Shown here in pieces: positions 1 through 12,100 of a stretch of DNA of 64,000 nucleotides. The position numbers and the translations under genes are program-made. Under the pieces are notes generated by a model. The model had not been told where the DNA came from. It made no database searches and saw nothing but the letters and a program-made list of their open reading frames with translations. The stretch spans positions 5,582,001-5,646,000 of the forward strand of contig CM075997.1 of the NCBI GenBank assembly GCA_038087875.1, written 5' to 3'. Numbering within the stretch: position 1 is the stretch's first letter; each line of letters starts with the position of its first letter. This stretch comes from Malacoraja senta. Lineage: Eukaryota.

Positions 1-720
1 ATAGGAGGGCGGGGGAAACAAAAAACTGGGACAAAATTAAATGATAAACCGATAAACAGGAGGCGCAAGGTAAGTTATTCGACACCATGTAAAGAATCTA
101 TAACGAGGCATCGTTACTTTACTATCTTTATTCATACTGGAGCATTACACATTGCACTAGCTGTACGTGGTCTGTCACAGGAACTAGAGAGCGATCTGTG
201 GGTGGGGAGGTTGTAGATATGGGGAGTGGTTAGTAGGTATGAGGTCACTATGTTAAAGGCACATGCATATCTCATCTACACACATCTCCTTAAATCTTTG
301 CTCCTCTTACCTTAAAGCTATGGCCTTGAGTCTGGGAAAAAAACACCTATTTATATCTCTCATAAATTTATGAACTTTTATCATGTCTTCCTTCAGCTTC
401 CGACACTCCAGAGTAAACAATCCAAGTTTGTCTAACCTCCATACAACTCACAAATGTTTCCTTCGGCCCAATAGATCCATACTGACATTTTTAGCTATTT
501 ACACTTCTCTCATATGTCTGTTCAGTCCCTGTCCATAAATGCTTTGCCTATTGGTGCCTGTCTAAATGTCTCCCAAATGTGACAATTGTACTTCACTCTA
601 TCCTCTGGCAGCAAGAAGCAGATATCTACCACACACTGCGTAGAAAACTTTCCCCATAGAATCCATTTAAAATTAATTAATCTCACATTCAATCTCTGCC
701 TTTATGTTTATCATCAGTTC

Positions 721-960
721 ATAAGTGATAGCAGCAGAATTAGACCATTTGGCCCATCAAGTCTACTCCGCCATTCAATCATGGCTGATATATCTTCTCC
801 TGCCTTCTCCCCATAACCCTGACACCACACTAATTAAAAATCTGTCTATCTCTGCCTTAGAAATATCCATTGACTTGGCCTCCAATGCCTTCTGTGGGAG
901 TGGATTCCACATATTCACCACCCTCTGACTAAAGAAGTTCTTCCTCATCTCTTTCCTAAA
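721..960 (-). mobile_element. CR1 LINE 3' fragment; continues at ~2846-2965 after nested insertions
   Basis: Minus-strand peptide RKNFFSQRVVNMWNPLPQKALEA (CR1 ORF2 C-terminus) and CR1 3' UTR. The sequence resumes in register after 2845. Confidence 0.85.
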
Positions 961-1120
961 GATGGCGCAATGGGCTAAGTGTTCGGCTGGCAACCGGAAG
1001 GTAGCCGGTTTGAATCCCGCTTGGAGTGCATACTGTCGTTGTGTCCTTGGGCAAGACACTTCACCCACCTTTGCCTGCGTGTGAATGTGTGTGAATGTGT
1101 GTGAATGTGTGTGAGTGATT
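961..1120 (+). mobile_element. tRNA-derived SINE (Mermaid/CORE-like), 5' half
   Basis: A-box-like TGGCGCAATGG and B-box-like GGTTTGAATCC, then GTGTCCTTGGGCAAGACACTTCACCC and (TGTGTGAATG)n. Confidence 0.75.
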
Positions 1121-2651
1121 GAAACATAGAAACATAGAAATTAGGTGCAGGAGTAGGCCATTCGGCCCTTCGAGCCTGCACCGCCATTCAATATGATCAT
1201 GGCTGATCATCCAACTCAGTATCCCGTACCTGCCTTCTCTCCATACCCTCTGATCCCTTTAGCCACAAGGGCCACATCTAACTCCCTCTTAAATATAGCC
1301 AATGAACTGGCCTCGACTACCCTCTGTGGCAGAGAGTTCCAGAGATTCACCACTCTCTGTGTGAAAAAAGTTCTTCTCATCTCGGTTTTAAAGGATTTCC
1401 CCCTTATCCTTAAGCTGTGACCCCTTGTCCTGGACTTCCCCAACATCGGGAGCAATCTTCCTGCATTTAGCCTGTCCAACCCCTTAAGAATTGTGTAAGT
1501 TTCTATAAGATCCCCTCTCAATCTCCAAAATTCTAGAGAGTATAAACCAAGTCTATCCAGTCTTTCTTCATAAGACAGTCCTGACATCCCAGGAATCAGT
1601 CTGGTGAACCTTCTCTGCACTCCCTCTATGGCAATAATGTCCTTCCTCAGATTTGGAGACCAAAACTGTACGCAATACTCCAGGTGTGGTCTCACCAAGA
1701 CCCTGTACAACTGCAGTAGAACCTCCCTGCTCCTATACTCAAATCCTTTTGCTATGAAAGCTAACATACCATTCGCTTTCTTCACTGCCTGCTGCACCTG
1801 CATGCCTACTTTCAATGACTGGTGTACCATGACACCCAGGTCTCGCTGCATCTCCCCTTTTCCTAGCCGGCCACCATTTAGATAATAGTCTGCTTTCCTG
1901 TTTTTGCCACCAAAATGGATAACCTCACATTTATCCACATTATACTGCATCTGCCAAACATTTGCCCACTCACCCAGCCTATTCAAGTCACCTTGCAGTC
2001 TCCTAGCATCCTCCTCACAGCTAACACTGCCCCCCAGCTTAGTGTCATCCGCAAACTTGGAGATATTGCCTTCAATTCCCTCATCCAGGTCATTAATATA
2101 TATTGTAAATAGCTGGGGTCCCAGCACTGAGCCTTGCGGTACCCCACTAGTCACTGCCTGCCATTGTGAAAAGGACCCGTTTACTCCTACTCTTTGCTTC
2201 CTGTTTGCCAGCCAGTTCTCTATCCACATCAATACTCAACCCCCAATGCCATGTGCTTTAAGTTTGTATACTAATCTCTTATGTGGCTGGTTCTCCCCTA
2301 TCCACGCTACTAGTTACATCCTCGAAAAATTCTATAAGATTCGTCAGACATGATTTGCCTTTCGTAAATCCATGCTGACTTTGTCCAATGATTTCACCAC
2401 TTTCCAAATGTGCTGCTATCCCATCTTTAATAACTGACTCTAGCAGTTTCCCCACTACCGATGTTAGACTAACTGGTCTGTAATTCCCCGTTTTCTCTCT
2501 CCTCCCTTCTTAAAAAGTGGGGTTACATTTGCTACCCGCCAATCCTCAGGAACTACTCCAGAATCTAAAGAGTTTTGAAAGATTATTACTAATGCATCCA
2601 CTATTTCTGGAGCTACTTCCTTAAGTACTCTGGTATGCAGCCTATCTGGCC
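1121..2651 (-). mobile_element. CR1 LINE, 5'-truncated, reverse transcriptase region
   Basis: ORF 1216..2232 with GVPQGSVLGP, FADD and RPHLEYCVQFWSP. (TTTCTATG)n tail. Small internal deletion near 2286. Confidence 0.95.
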
Positions 2652-2845
2652 GGTGGTGGTCGGAGGGGCCGTAGGCGCAGATTAGCAGCCACGCTTCCGT
2701 CAGTCTGCCCCAGGGCAGCTGTGGCTACAGAAGTAGCTCACCACCACCGAGTGTGACTGAGGAGTGAATGAATAATGCGATGTAAAGCGCCTTGAGTATT
2801 AGAAAGGCGCTATATAAATCCCATCCATTATTATTATTATTATTA
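2652..2845 (+). mobile_element. 3' half of the SINE starting at 961, with L2-type tail
   Basis: GGCAGC/CTGCCCCAGGGCAGCTGTGGCTAC body, TGTAAAGCGCCTTGAG...AAAGGCGCTATATAAAT and an (ATT)n tail. Confidence 0.75.
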
Positions 2846-2974
2846 AAGGAACATTCTTTACTTCTGATGCTATGTCCTCTGGTCCTTGACTCTCCCATTA
2901 GTGGAAACATCCTCTTCACATCCACTCTATCCAGGCTTTTCACTACTTGCTAAGTTTCAATGATAACCCTTACA

Positions 2975-3390
2975 TGAAAAGGAAAGATTTCAACAATCTA
3001 CACTATCTAGGCATCTTATAATTTTGCATATTTCTATCAGATCCTCCCTCAGTCTCACTCGCTCAAGGGAAAACAAACCCAGCCTATACAACCTTTCCCA
3101 TAACTAAAAACCACTAATCCATTCAACCTGTAAGCGAGTCTCCGCTGGAATCTCTCCAACACAACCTCTCCTTTCCTGTAGTGTGGCCACCAGAACTGGA
3201 TGTGTTCCAAGTGTGGTCTAACCAGTGATTTGTTAAGTTGCAACTTTTAAATATTCTACACCATGTCCTCTGAAGGTGAGCATGTCATAAATATGTCCTT
3301 CACTACCCAACCTGCCTGTGTTGCTGCCTTCAGAGAAATATGGACTTGAATGCCCAAGTCCTTCTGTTCATCAACATTCCTGAGCGCCCA
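2975..3390 (-). mobile_element. Old, degenerate CR1 fragment
   Basis: Peptide LVRPHLEHIQFWWPHYRK in ORF 3055..3243. Confidence 0.75.
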
Positions 3391-3393
3391 ACT

Positions 3394-3728
3394 AGTTTAG
3401 TTTAGTTTAGAGATACAGCGCAGAAACAGGCCCTTCGGCCCACCAATTCCACACTTACCAGCGATCACCCCGTACACTACTTCTATCCTACATACTAAAC
3501 AATTTACAGAAGGCAATTAACCTACAAATTGGTTATTTTACCAATAAACCTGTCTACCTACCAATTAACCTGCACGTCTTTGGAATGTGGGAGGAAACTG
3601 GAGCATCAGGAAGAAACACAATCACATGGAGAACGTACAACCTCCATACAGACAGCACCCAAGGTCAGGATCGAACCGAGGTCTCTGGCGCTATTAATCA
3701 GCAACTTTACCGCTGCGCCACCGCGCCA
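3394..3728 (-). mobile_element. HE1-like V-SINE
   Basis: tRNA-like head, V-domain-like TTTCCTCCCACA, CR1-type 3' end and (CTAAA)n tail. Confidence 0.8.
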
Positions 3729-6700
3729 TTAAATGCGTGGCTGAGGAACTAAATGCGTGGCTGAGGTACTGGTGCAGCGGGCAGGGATTCAAATTTCTGG
3801 ATCATTGGGACTTCTTTTGGGGAAGGAGTGACCTGTACAGAAAGGACGGGTTGCACTTGAACCCGACGGGGACCAATATCGTGGCGGGGAGATTTGCAAA
3901 GGCTACTGGGGAGACTTTAAACTAGAACGGTTGGGGGGAGGGACTCAAATAGAGAAAGCTAGTGGAAAATGTGGGAGGCAGGAGGCAGAGAAGGGAAGCA
4001 CTCGGACCCAAAATGTAGGGGAGAAAGAAGAAAAAGATAATAAACAGAGAATAAGTGGTGGTGGGTTTCTTAAATGTGTATATTTTAATGCTAGGAGCAT
4101 TGTAAGAAAGGTGGATGAGCTTAGAGCCTGGATTGACACCTGGAAGTATGATGTTGTGGCGATCAGTGAAACATGGTTGCAGGAGGGCTGTGATTGGCAA
4201 ATAAATATTCCAGGATTTCGTTGCTTCAGGGGTGATAGAATTGGAGGAGCAAGAGGTGGGGGTGTTGCATTGCTTGTCAAGGAAGATATTACAGCAGTGC
4301 TTTGGCAGGATAGATTAGAGGGCTCGTCTAGGGAGGCTATTTGGGTGGAACTGAGAAATGAGAAAGGTGTAGCAACACTTATAGGGGTGTATTATAGACC
4401 ACCAAATGGGGAGCGAGAATTGGAAGAGCAAATATGTAAGGAGATAGCAGATATTAGTAGTAAGCACAAGGTAGTGATTGTGGGAGATTTCAATTTTCCA
4501 CACATAGACTGGGAAACACATTCTGTAAAAGGGCTGGATGGTTTGGAGTTTGTAAAATGTGTGCAAGATAGTTTTTGCAGCAATACATAGAGGTACCTAC
4601 TAGAGAAGGGGCAGTGCTGGACCTCCTGTTAGGAAATGAGACAGGGCAGGTGGCGGAGGTATGCGTCGGGGAGCACTTCGGGTCCAGTGATCACAATACC
4701 ATTAGTTTCAATATAATTATGGAGAGGGTCAGAACTGGACCTAGGGTTGAGATTTTTGTTTGGGTAAAGGCTAACTTTGAGGAGATGCGAAAGGATTTAA
4801 AAGGAGTGAATTGGGACATGTTGTTTTATGGGAAGGATGTAGAAGAAAAATGGAGGACATTTAAGGGTGACATTTTAAGAATACAGAATCTTTATGTCCC
4901 TGTTCGGTTCAAAGGAAATAGTAAAAAATGGAAAGAGCCATGGTTTTCAAGGGAAATTGGACACTTGGTTCGGAAAAAGAGAGAGATCTACAATAATTAT
5001 AGGCAGCATGGAGTAAATGAGGTGCTTGAGGAGTATAAAGAATGTAAAAAGAATATTAAGAAAGAAAAGCTAAAAGAAGATATGAGGTTGCTTTGGCAAG
5101 TAAGGTGAAAGTAAATCCAAGGGGTTTCTACAGCTATATTAATAGCAAAAGGATAACAAGGAATAAAATCGGTCCATTAGAGAGTCAGAGTGGACAGCTA
5201 TCTGCAGAGCCAAAAGAGATGGGGGAGATATTGAACAATTTCTTTTCTTCGGTATTCACGAAGGAGAAGGATATGGAATTATGTGAGGTAAGGGAAACGA
5301 GCAGAGTAGCAATGGAAACTGTGAGATTCAAAGAAGAGGAGGTGCGGACACTTTTGAAAAATATGAAAACGGATAAGTCTCCAGGTCCTGACAGGATATT
5401 CCCTAGGACATTGAGGGAAGTTAGTGTAGAAATAGCAGGGGCTATGACAGAAATATTTCAAATGTCATTAGAAACGGGAATAGTGCCGGAGGATTGGCGT
5501 ACTGCGCATGTTGTTCCGTTGTTTAAAAAGGGTTCTAAGAGTAAACCTAGCAATTATAGACCTGTTAGTTTGACGTCAGTGGTGGGCAAATTAATGGAAA
5601 GGATACTTAAAGATAATATATATATAAGCATCTGGATAAGCAGGGTCTGATTAGGAACAGTCAACATGGATTTGTGCCTGGAAGGTCATGCTTGACTAAT
5701 CTTCTTGAATTTTTCGAAGAGGTTACTAGGGAAATTGATGAGGGTAAAACAGTGGATGTTGTCTATATGGACTTCAGTAAGGCCTTTGACAAGGTTCCTC
5801 ATGGAAGGTTGGTTAAGAAGATTCAATTGTTGGGTATTAATGGTGGAGTAGCAAGATGGATTCAACAGTGGCTGAATGGGAGATGCCAGAGAGTAATGGT
5901 GGATGGCTGCTTGTCAGGTTGGAGGCCGGTGACTAGTGGGGTGCCTCAGGGGTCTGTGTTGGGTCCACTGTTGTTTGTCATGTACATCAATGATCTGGAT
6001 GAAGGTGTGGAAAATTGGATTAGTAAGTATGCAGATGATACTAAGATAGGTGGTGTTGTGGATAATGAAGTAGATTTTCAAAGTCTACAGAGAGATTTAG
6101 GCCATTTGGAAGAGTGGGCTGAAAGATGGCAGATGGAGTTTAATGCTGACAAATGTGAGGTGCTACATCTCGGCAGGACAAATCAAAATAGGACGTACAC
6201 GGTAAATGGTAGCGAATTGAGGAATGCAGTTGAACAGAGGGATCTAGGAATAACTGTCCATAGTTCCCTGAAGGTGGAATCTCATGTAGATAGGGTGGTA
6301 AAGAAAGCTTTTGGTGTGCTAGCCTTTATAAATCAGAGCTTTGAATATAGAAGTTGGGATGTAATGTTAAAATTGTACCAGGCATTGGTGAGGCCAATTC
6401 TGGAGTATGGAGTACAATTTTGGTCGCCTAATTATAGGAAGGATGTCAACAAAATAGAGAGAGTACAGAGGAGATTTACTAGAATGTTGCCTGGGTTTCA
6501 GCAACTAAGTTACAGAGAAAGGTTGAACAAGTTAGGTCTTTATTCTTTGGAGCGCAGAAGGTTAAGAGGGGACTTGATAGAGGTCTTTAAAATTATGAGC
6601 GGGTTAGACAGAGTGGACGTAGATAAGCTTTTCCCATTGAGAGTAGGGAAGATTCAAACAAGGGGACATGACTTGAGAATTAAGGGACAGAAGTTTAGGG

Positions 6701-6990
6701 GGAACATTAGGGGGAACTTCTTTACTCAGAGAGTGGTAGCTGTGTGGAATGAGCTTCCAGTGGAAGTGGTGGAGGCAGGTTCGATGTTATCCTTTAAAAA
6801 TAGATTGGATGGGTATATGGACGGGAAAGGAATGGAGGGTTATGGTCTGAGTGCAGGTAGATGGGACGAGGGGGAAGTATTTATTTTTAATTAAAAAAAA
6901 AAAAATTTTTAATGTTCGGCACGGACTTGAAGGGCCGAGATGGCCTGTTTCCGTGCTGTTATGGTTATATGGTTATATGGTTATATGGTA
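3729..6990 (+). mobile_element. CR1 LINE: end of ORF1 (esterase) plus complete but frameshifted ORF2 (AP endonuclease and RT)
   Basis: DGLHLN (SGNH esterase); FNARS, ETWL, GDFN and SDH (APE); YADD (RT). Spread over ORFs 3931-4590, 4575-5108, 5093-5650 and 5674-6894. (ATATGGTT)n tail at ~6958-6990. Confidence 0.96.
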
Positions 6991-7334
6991 TGTCCCACCG
7001 CAATTTGACTTCTCAAAATGCATCATCTTGCATTAAACTCCAACTGCCACAGATTCATCCATTATTCTAGCCCGACCTTATGCTGCTCAAGTCTGAGTCA
7101 ACAATCTTTGCCATCTACTGCATCACCAATTCTTGTGAAATCAATGTTCCCACATTCATATTTAAGTCATTGATGTATATCACAAAACACAAAGACCCAC
7201 CACTGATTCCCACGGCACATCACTGGTCACTAACCACGAACCAGAAACGCAGTATTTCCCCGTTACTCTCTGTGTCATTAAAAGAACGCAGCACCAGACT
7301 CAGGACCAGCTTCATCCCTTCTGTTAGACACTAA

Positions 7335-7522
7335 ATGCAAGAGGAACTCAGCGGGACAGGTAGCATCCCTGGAGAGAAGGAATGGGTGACGTTTCAGACA
7401 ACTGAAGAAGGGTCTCGACCAGAAATGTCACCCATCCCTTCTCTCCAGAGATGCTGCCTGTCCCGTTGAGTTACTCCAGCATTTTGTGCCTATCTTTGGT
7501 GTAAACCAGCATCTGCAGTTCT
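7335..7522. mobile_element. Palindromic Penelope-derived short element with hammerhead-like motif
   Basis: Inverted arms around ~7396-7401. CTGAAGAAGGGTCTCGACCAGAAATGTC starts at 7402. Confidence 0.7.
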
Positions 7523-7859
7523 TACACTTCCCCTGATATCAGGCTTCTGAACGGTCCTTCCATAAGCGAAGGTACTGTCCGATTCACCTCTACCCCATTA
7601 CGGACATTGGACTTTGTCTCTGGAACTGATGCACTACAATGCTGAGAACGATATTCTGCACTCTGTATCTTCCCCTTTAATCTACCTATAGTACTTGAGT
7701 TTGACGATTGTATTTATGTATAGTATTATCTGATCTAATTGGATAGCATGCAAAACAAACCATCACACTATACCTCGACACACCTGATAATAATAATCCT
7801 AATCCATCCTAACACATCCTGGGAACATTGCTGAGGTCTTTGGTGACCCTTGGACTATG

Positions 7860-7990
7860 AGTCTGAAGAAGGGTCTCAACCCGAAACGTCGCCTATTTCC
7901 TTCGCTCCATAGATGCTGCCTCACCCGCTCAGTTTCTCCAGCAATTTTGTCTACCTTCAATTTTCCAGCATCTGCAGTTCCTTCTTAAAC
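7860..7990 (+). mobile_element. Single-arm Penelope 3' unit with hammerhead-like motif
   Basis: CTGAAGAAGGGTCTCAACCCGAAACGTC at 7863-7890, followed by the same tail as the Penelope copy at 50357-50450. Confidence 0.7.
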
Positions 7991-8557
7991 CCTCGGACTA
8001 TCCTTGATCGGACTTTGCTGGCTTTACCTTGCACTAAACGTTATTCCCTTATCATATGTCTGGACACTGTGAATGGCTCGATTGTAATCATGTATTGTCT
8101 TTCCGCAACAAAAGCTTTTCACTGTACCCAGGTACACGTGACAATAAACTAAACTGAACTGTAAGCTGTTATTTAAAGGGATCATCTGTTACTCACGTGT
8201 ATATCGCTGGATTATTTATTTATTCTGGCTGTGGGTGTGATTCTCCATGTTTTGGGTACTTTTCCATATTTGCTTTAAATTCGATAATCTGCAGGGTGTG
8301 GGTGCAGCATCTGAAGTTCGTTCTCAGTGGTTTTAAAGCTCGTGCTCCATTCAATTGCTTCCATATGTGAGCGACATCGTAAGCCTTACTCTTGTAGCTG
8401 TGTGTGGATACAGTCTGTGCAGAGGCCTGTCGGACAGGCTGATATTATTATCATATGTCATGAAGATGTTCCATCGCTTAGCAACGGACCACTTTGTGGG
8501 TAAAGATGGTCTCGACCTGAAAAGTCCCCACTTCCTTTTCTCCTGAGATACTCATAA

Positions 8558-8906
8558 AGCCCCTGTCCCACTGTACGAGGTAATTCACGAGTTCACCCGA
8601 GTTTTCCACTGATTCGAACTCGGAGAGTGTCCGTAGCGGATCCGTAGGAGTTCGTGGATGTCTCGTAGCGGCTCGTAATGCTAACGGTAGGTATAAAAAG
8701 TAACAATTTCTTTCATGTGGACATTTTTTGCAGGGATGAAAAAACTTCACGAGTTACTGGATGTCCAGAGAACCTACCGTTAGCATTACGAGCAACTACG
8801 GGACATCCACGAACTCCTACAGACCCGCTACGGACATTCTCCGAGTTTGAATTAGGGGAAAACTCGGGAGAACTCATGAATTACCTCGTACAGTGGGACA
8901 GGGGCA
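8558..8906. mobile_element. Fold-back MITE, PIF/Harbinger-like
   Basis: ~134-bp inverted arms (8559-8692 and 8772-8905) starting AGCCCCTGTCCCACTG, preceded by TAA. Confidence 0.85.
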
Positions 8907-9225
8907 GGCTCCTATACAGACAAGAACCCGTAGTCAGGATCGAACCCGGATCTCTGGTGCTGTAAGGCAGTAGATCTATCACTGCGCCACCGTGCCGCCT
9001 GTTCATAACTATCTGAAAACTTAGGGGATTGTAATCACTCTTCCCAAAATACTCTTGCACTGAAACACAGTCACCTGACCAGGCCTGTTTCACAGTACAA
9101 GATCCAGTGTAGTCCCTCCTCCAGTTGGACTATCCACATACTGTTTCCAGAAACCCCTCCTGCATGCACATATTAAATCCTGCCCAGTTTAAGCTTCTTG
9201 CACTGAGGAAGTCCCAGTCAATATT

Positions 9226-9672
9226 CATAAGGTCATAAGTGATAGGATCAGAATTAGGCCATTCGGCCCATCGTCTACGCCGTTCAATCATGGTTGATCT
9301 ATCTCTCCTTCCTAACCCCATTCACCTGCCTTTTCCCCATAACCCCTGACACCCGTACTTATCAAGAATTTATCTATCCCTGCTTTAAAAAATATCCATT
9401 GACTTGGCCTCCACAGCCTTCTGTGGCAAAGAATTCCACAGATTCACCACCTTCTGGCTAAAGAAATTCCTCCTCATCTCCTTCCTAAAGAACCTCCTTT
9501 AATTCTGAGGCTGTGACCTCTAGTCCGAGACTCTCCCACTAGTGGAAACATTGTCTCCACATCCACTCTATCTATGCCTTTCATTATTCTGTACGTTTCA
9601 ATGAGGTCCCCCCTCATTCTTCTAAACTCCAGCGATTACAGGCCCAGTGCCGTCAAACGCTCATCATATGTT
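9226..9672 (-). mobile_element. CR1 3' fragment
   Basis: CR1 3' UTR and ORF2 C-terminal sequence matching other copies in the window. Confidence 0.85.
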
Positions 9673-10659
9673 GACTCCAGATCTGTCTCTCTACCCACCT
9701 AACTCCACGTTCCCAGATGAGTTGGCACGTTTGGAGATTGAGTGCCATTGGCACAATCCCCAGAGGTCGGCTGGGAGCGGCTGGAAGATGCTTTATTCCA
9801 GTCGTTCAGGAATGAATATGTTTGATGCTGGGAACCAATTCTAGTTTGAGATGCTGAAGAATTTAGACCCAGTGCTATGTTCAGCAGCAGGTATTTTGTA
9901 CCCAACAACATGTCAACACTGGTTTACATTTACAGCGACATTATTTGTAATGTTTCAAGGACGTACCATGTAGATTAACTTCCACTGTTTATGTTGTGAC
10001 CATAGAAGGTTGGTCTTTGAGTTCAGTTCAGTTTAGTTATTGTCACGTGTACGGTGAAAAGTTTTAGTTGCGTGCTATCCAGTCAGCAGAAAGAAAATAC
10101 ATGATTACAATCGATCCATTCAATCGATGCAAGGTAAAGCCAGCAAAGTCCGATCAAAGATAGTCAGCGGGTCACCAAAGAGGTAGATAGTAGTTCAGGA
10201 CCGCTCTCTGGTTGTGGTAGAATGATTCAGTTGACTGATAACAGCTGGGAAGAAACTGTCCCTGAATCTAGAGGTAGACAAAAATGCTGGAGAAACTCAG
10301 CGGGTGAGGCAGCATCTATGGAGCGAAGGAATAGGCAATGTTTCGGGTTGAAACCTGAATCTGGAGGTGTGCGTTTCCCAGTCAAGTCTGGGGATGAATG
10401 TGTTTGATTCTGGGGACCACGTCTGGCTCGAGATGCTGAGGAATTTAGACATAGTGCTATGTTCAGCAGCAAGGATTTTGTACTGAACAAGGTGTCAACA
10501 TTGCTTTGCATTTACAGTGACAATACTTGTTTTGGGAATGATTCAGGAAGGCATCTTGTAGATTACGTTCCACCATCCTCACTGTTTATGTTGTGACATC
10601 CAGAGAAGGTTGGCATTTGATTGACTGATTGAAAGTTACACTGTGGAAACAGACCGCCT

Positions 10660-11225
10660 TAGACAATAGGTGCAGGAGTAGGCCCTTCAAGCCAGCACCG
10701 CCATTCAATGTGATTATGGCTGATCAGCCCCAATCATTTCCCCGTTCCTGCCTTCTCCCCATATCTCCTGACTCAGCTATCTTTAAGAGCCCTATCTAGC
10801 TCTCTCTTGAAAGTATCCAGAGAACCGGCCTTCACCGCCCTCTGAGGCAGAGAATTCCACAGACTCACAACTCTCTGTGAAAAAAAGTGCTTCCTCGTCT
10901 CTGTTCTAAATGACTTACCCCTTATTCTTAAACTGTGGCCCCTGGTTCTGGACTCCCCCAACATCAGGAACATGTTTTTGCTGCATCTAGCCTGTCCAAT
11001 CGGGAAAAATGTTCGCGACAGTTCTGTGGAACTGAGATTGCTGTTGGGAATGTTGCGATAAGCTGGGGAAATGGTGGGGATTGTGAAAGGGACCCGTTAA
11101 TCCCTACTCTTTGTTTCCTGTCTGCCAACCAATTTTCTATCCATGTCAGCACTCTACCCCCAATACCATGTGCCCTAATTTTGCCCCCTAATCTCCTTTG
11201 TGGGACCTTATCAAATGCTTTCTGA
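10660..11225 (-). mobile_element. Composite of CR1 fragments
   Basis: ORF2 C-terminus (ORF 10773..10973) and an RT piece (KAFDKVP...WIENWL) separated by ~85 bp of other sequence. Confidence 0.8.
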
Positions 11226-11912
11226 AGTCCAGTGGGCCAAAGAAAGCAGACTTTCTTTGGCCCACCGAGTCTATGCTGACCATCAGTCACCCATTCACAC
11301 TTCTTCAAAGGCCCCATAGCAGAAGCGTCCACGTCGCGGGGCTGGAAACTGGAAGTATCCTGAGCTAATTCTGCAACCACCATCATCTACTGCGACAAGT
11401 GATGGCTTCCACTGATTGTCACCGGAAGCTTGCGTCCTTTTCAGGATGGACGATGATAGTGAGGTCAACATTTGTAACAAGATGGACTCGGAAAAAGAAG
11501 AAGACTTCTTCAAAAAGGAGTGAATGGTCACCCATCCTTTTTCTCCAGAGATGCTGCCTGACCCGCTGAGTTACTCCAGCACTTAGTGTCTATATTTGGT
11601 GTAAACCAGCATCTGCAGTTTCTTGTTTCTAAACATTTGCACTAATTCTGTTATCCCACTTCCCCATGTACTCCCTACACACCAGGGGGCAATTTACTGC
11701 AGCCAATTATCCCACAAACCCACACGTCTTTGGGCAGTGGGAAGAACCCGGAGGAAACTCACCAGTTATATGCATGTGCAAACTCCACACGGACAGTAGC
11801 CAAGGTCAGGGTTGAACACGGTCTCTTGCGCTGTGAGGCAGCAGCTCTCCAGAGGTGCCGCTGTGCTGCCCTTCATTCCTCTAAGTTTAAAATCTAACGT
11901 TTATCATTAACT

Positions 11913-12100
11913 GTGTAGGAAGGAACTGCAGACGCTGGTTAAAACTGAAGAGAGACACAAAAAGCTGGAGTAACTTAGGAATAGATGACATTTCGGGTAA
12001 TGATTCGGGTCTGAAGAAGAGTCTCGACCTGAAACGTTGCCTATTCCTTTTCTCCAGAGATGCTGCCTGTCCCGCTGAGTTACTCCAGCTTTTGTGTTAT
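11913..12100. mobile_element. Palindromic Penelope-derived short element
   Basis: Inverted arms. CTGAAGAAGAGTCTCGACCTGAAACGTT at 12011-12038. Confidence 0.7.

Noticed and set aside
67..75. Perfect splice donor AAG|GTAAGT
   Set aside because: An isolated 9-mer at the window edge with no supportable exon or downstream partner.
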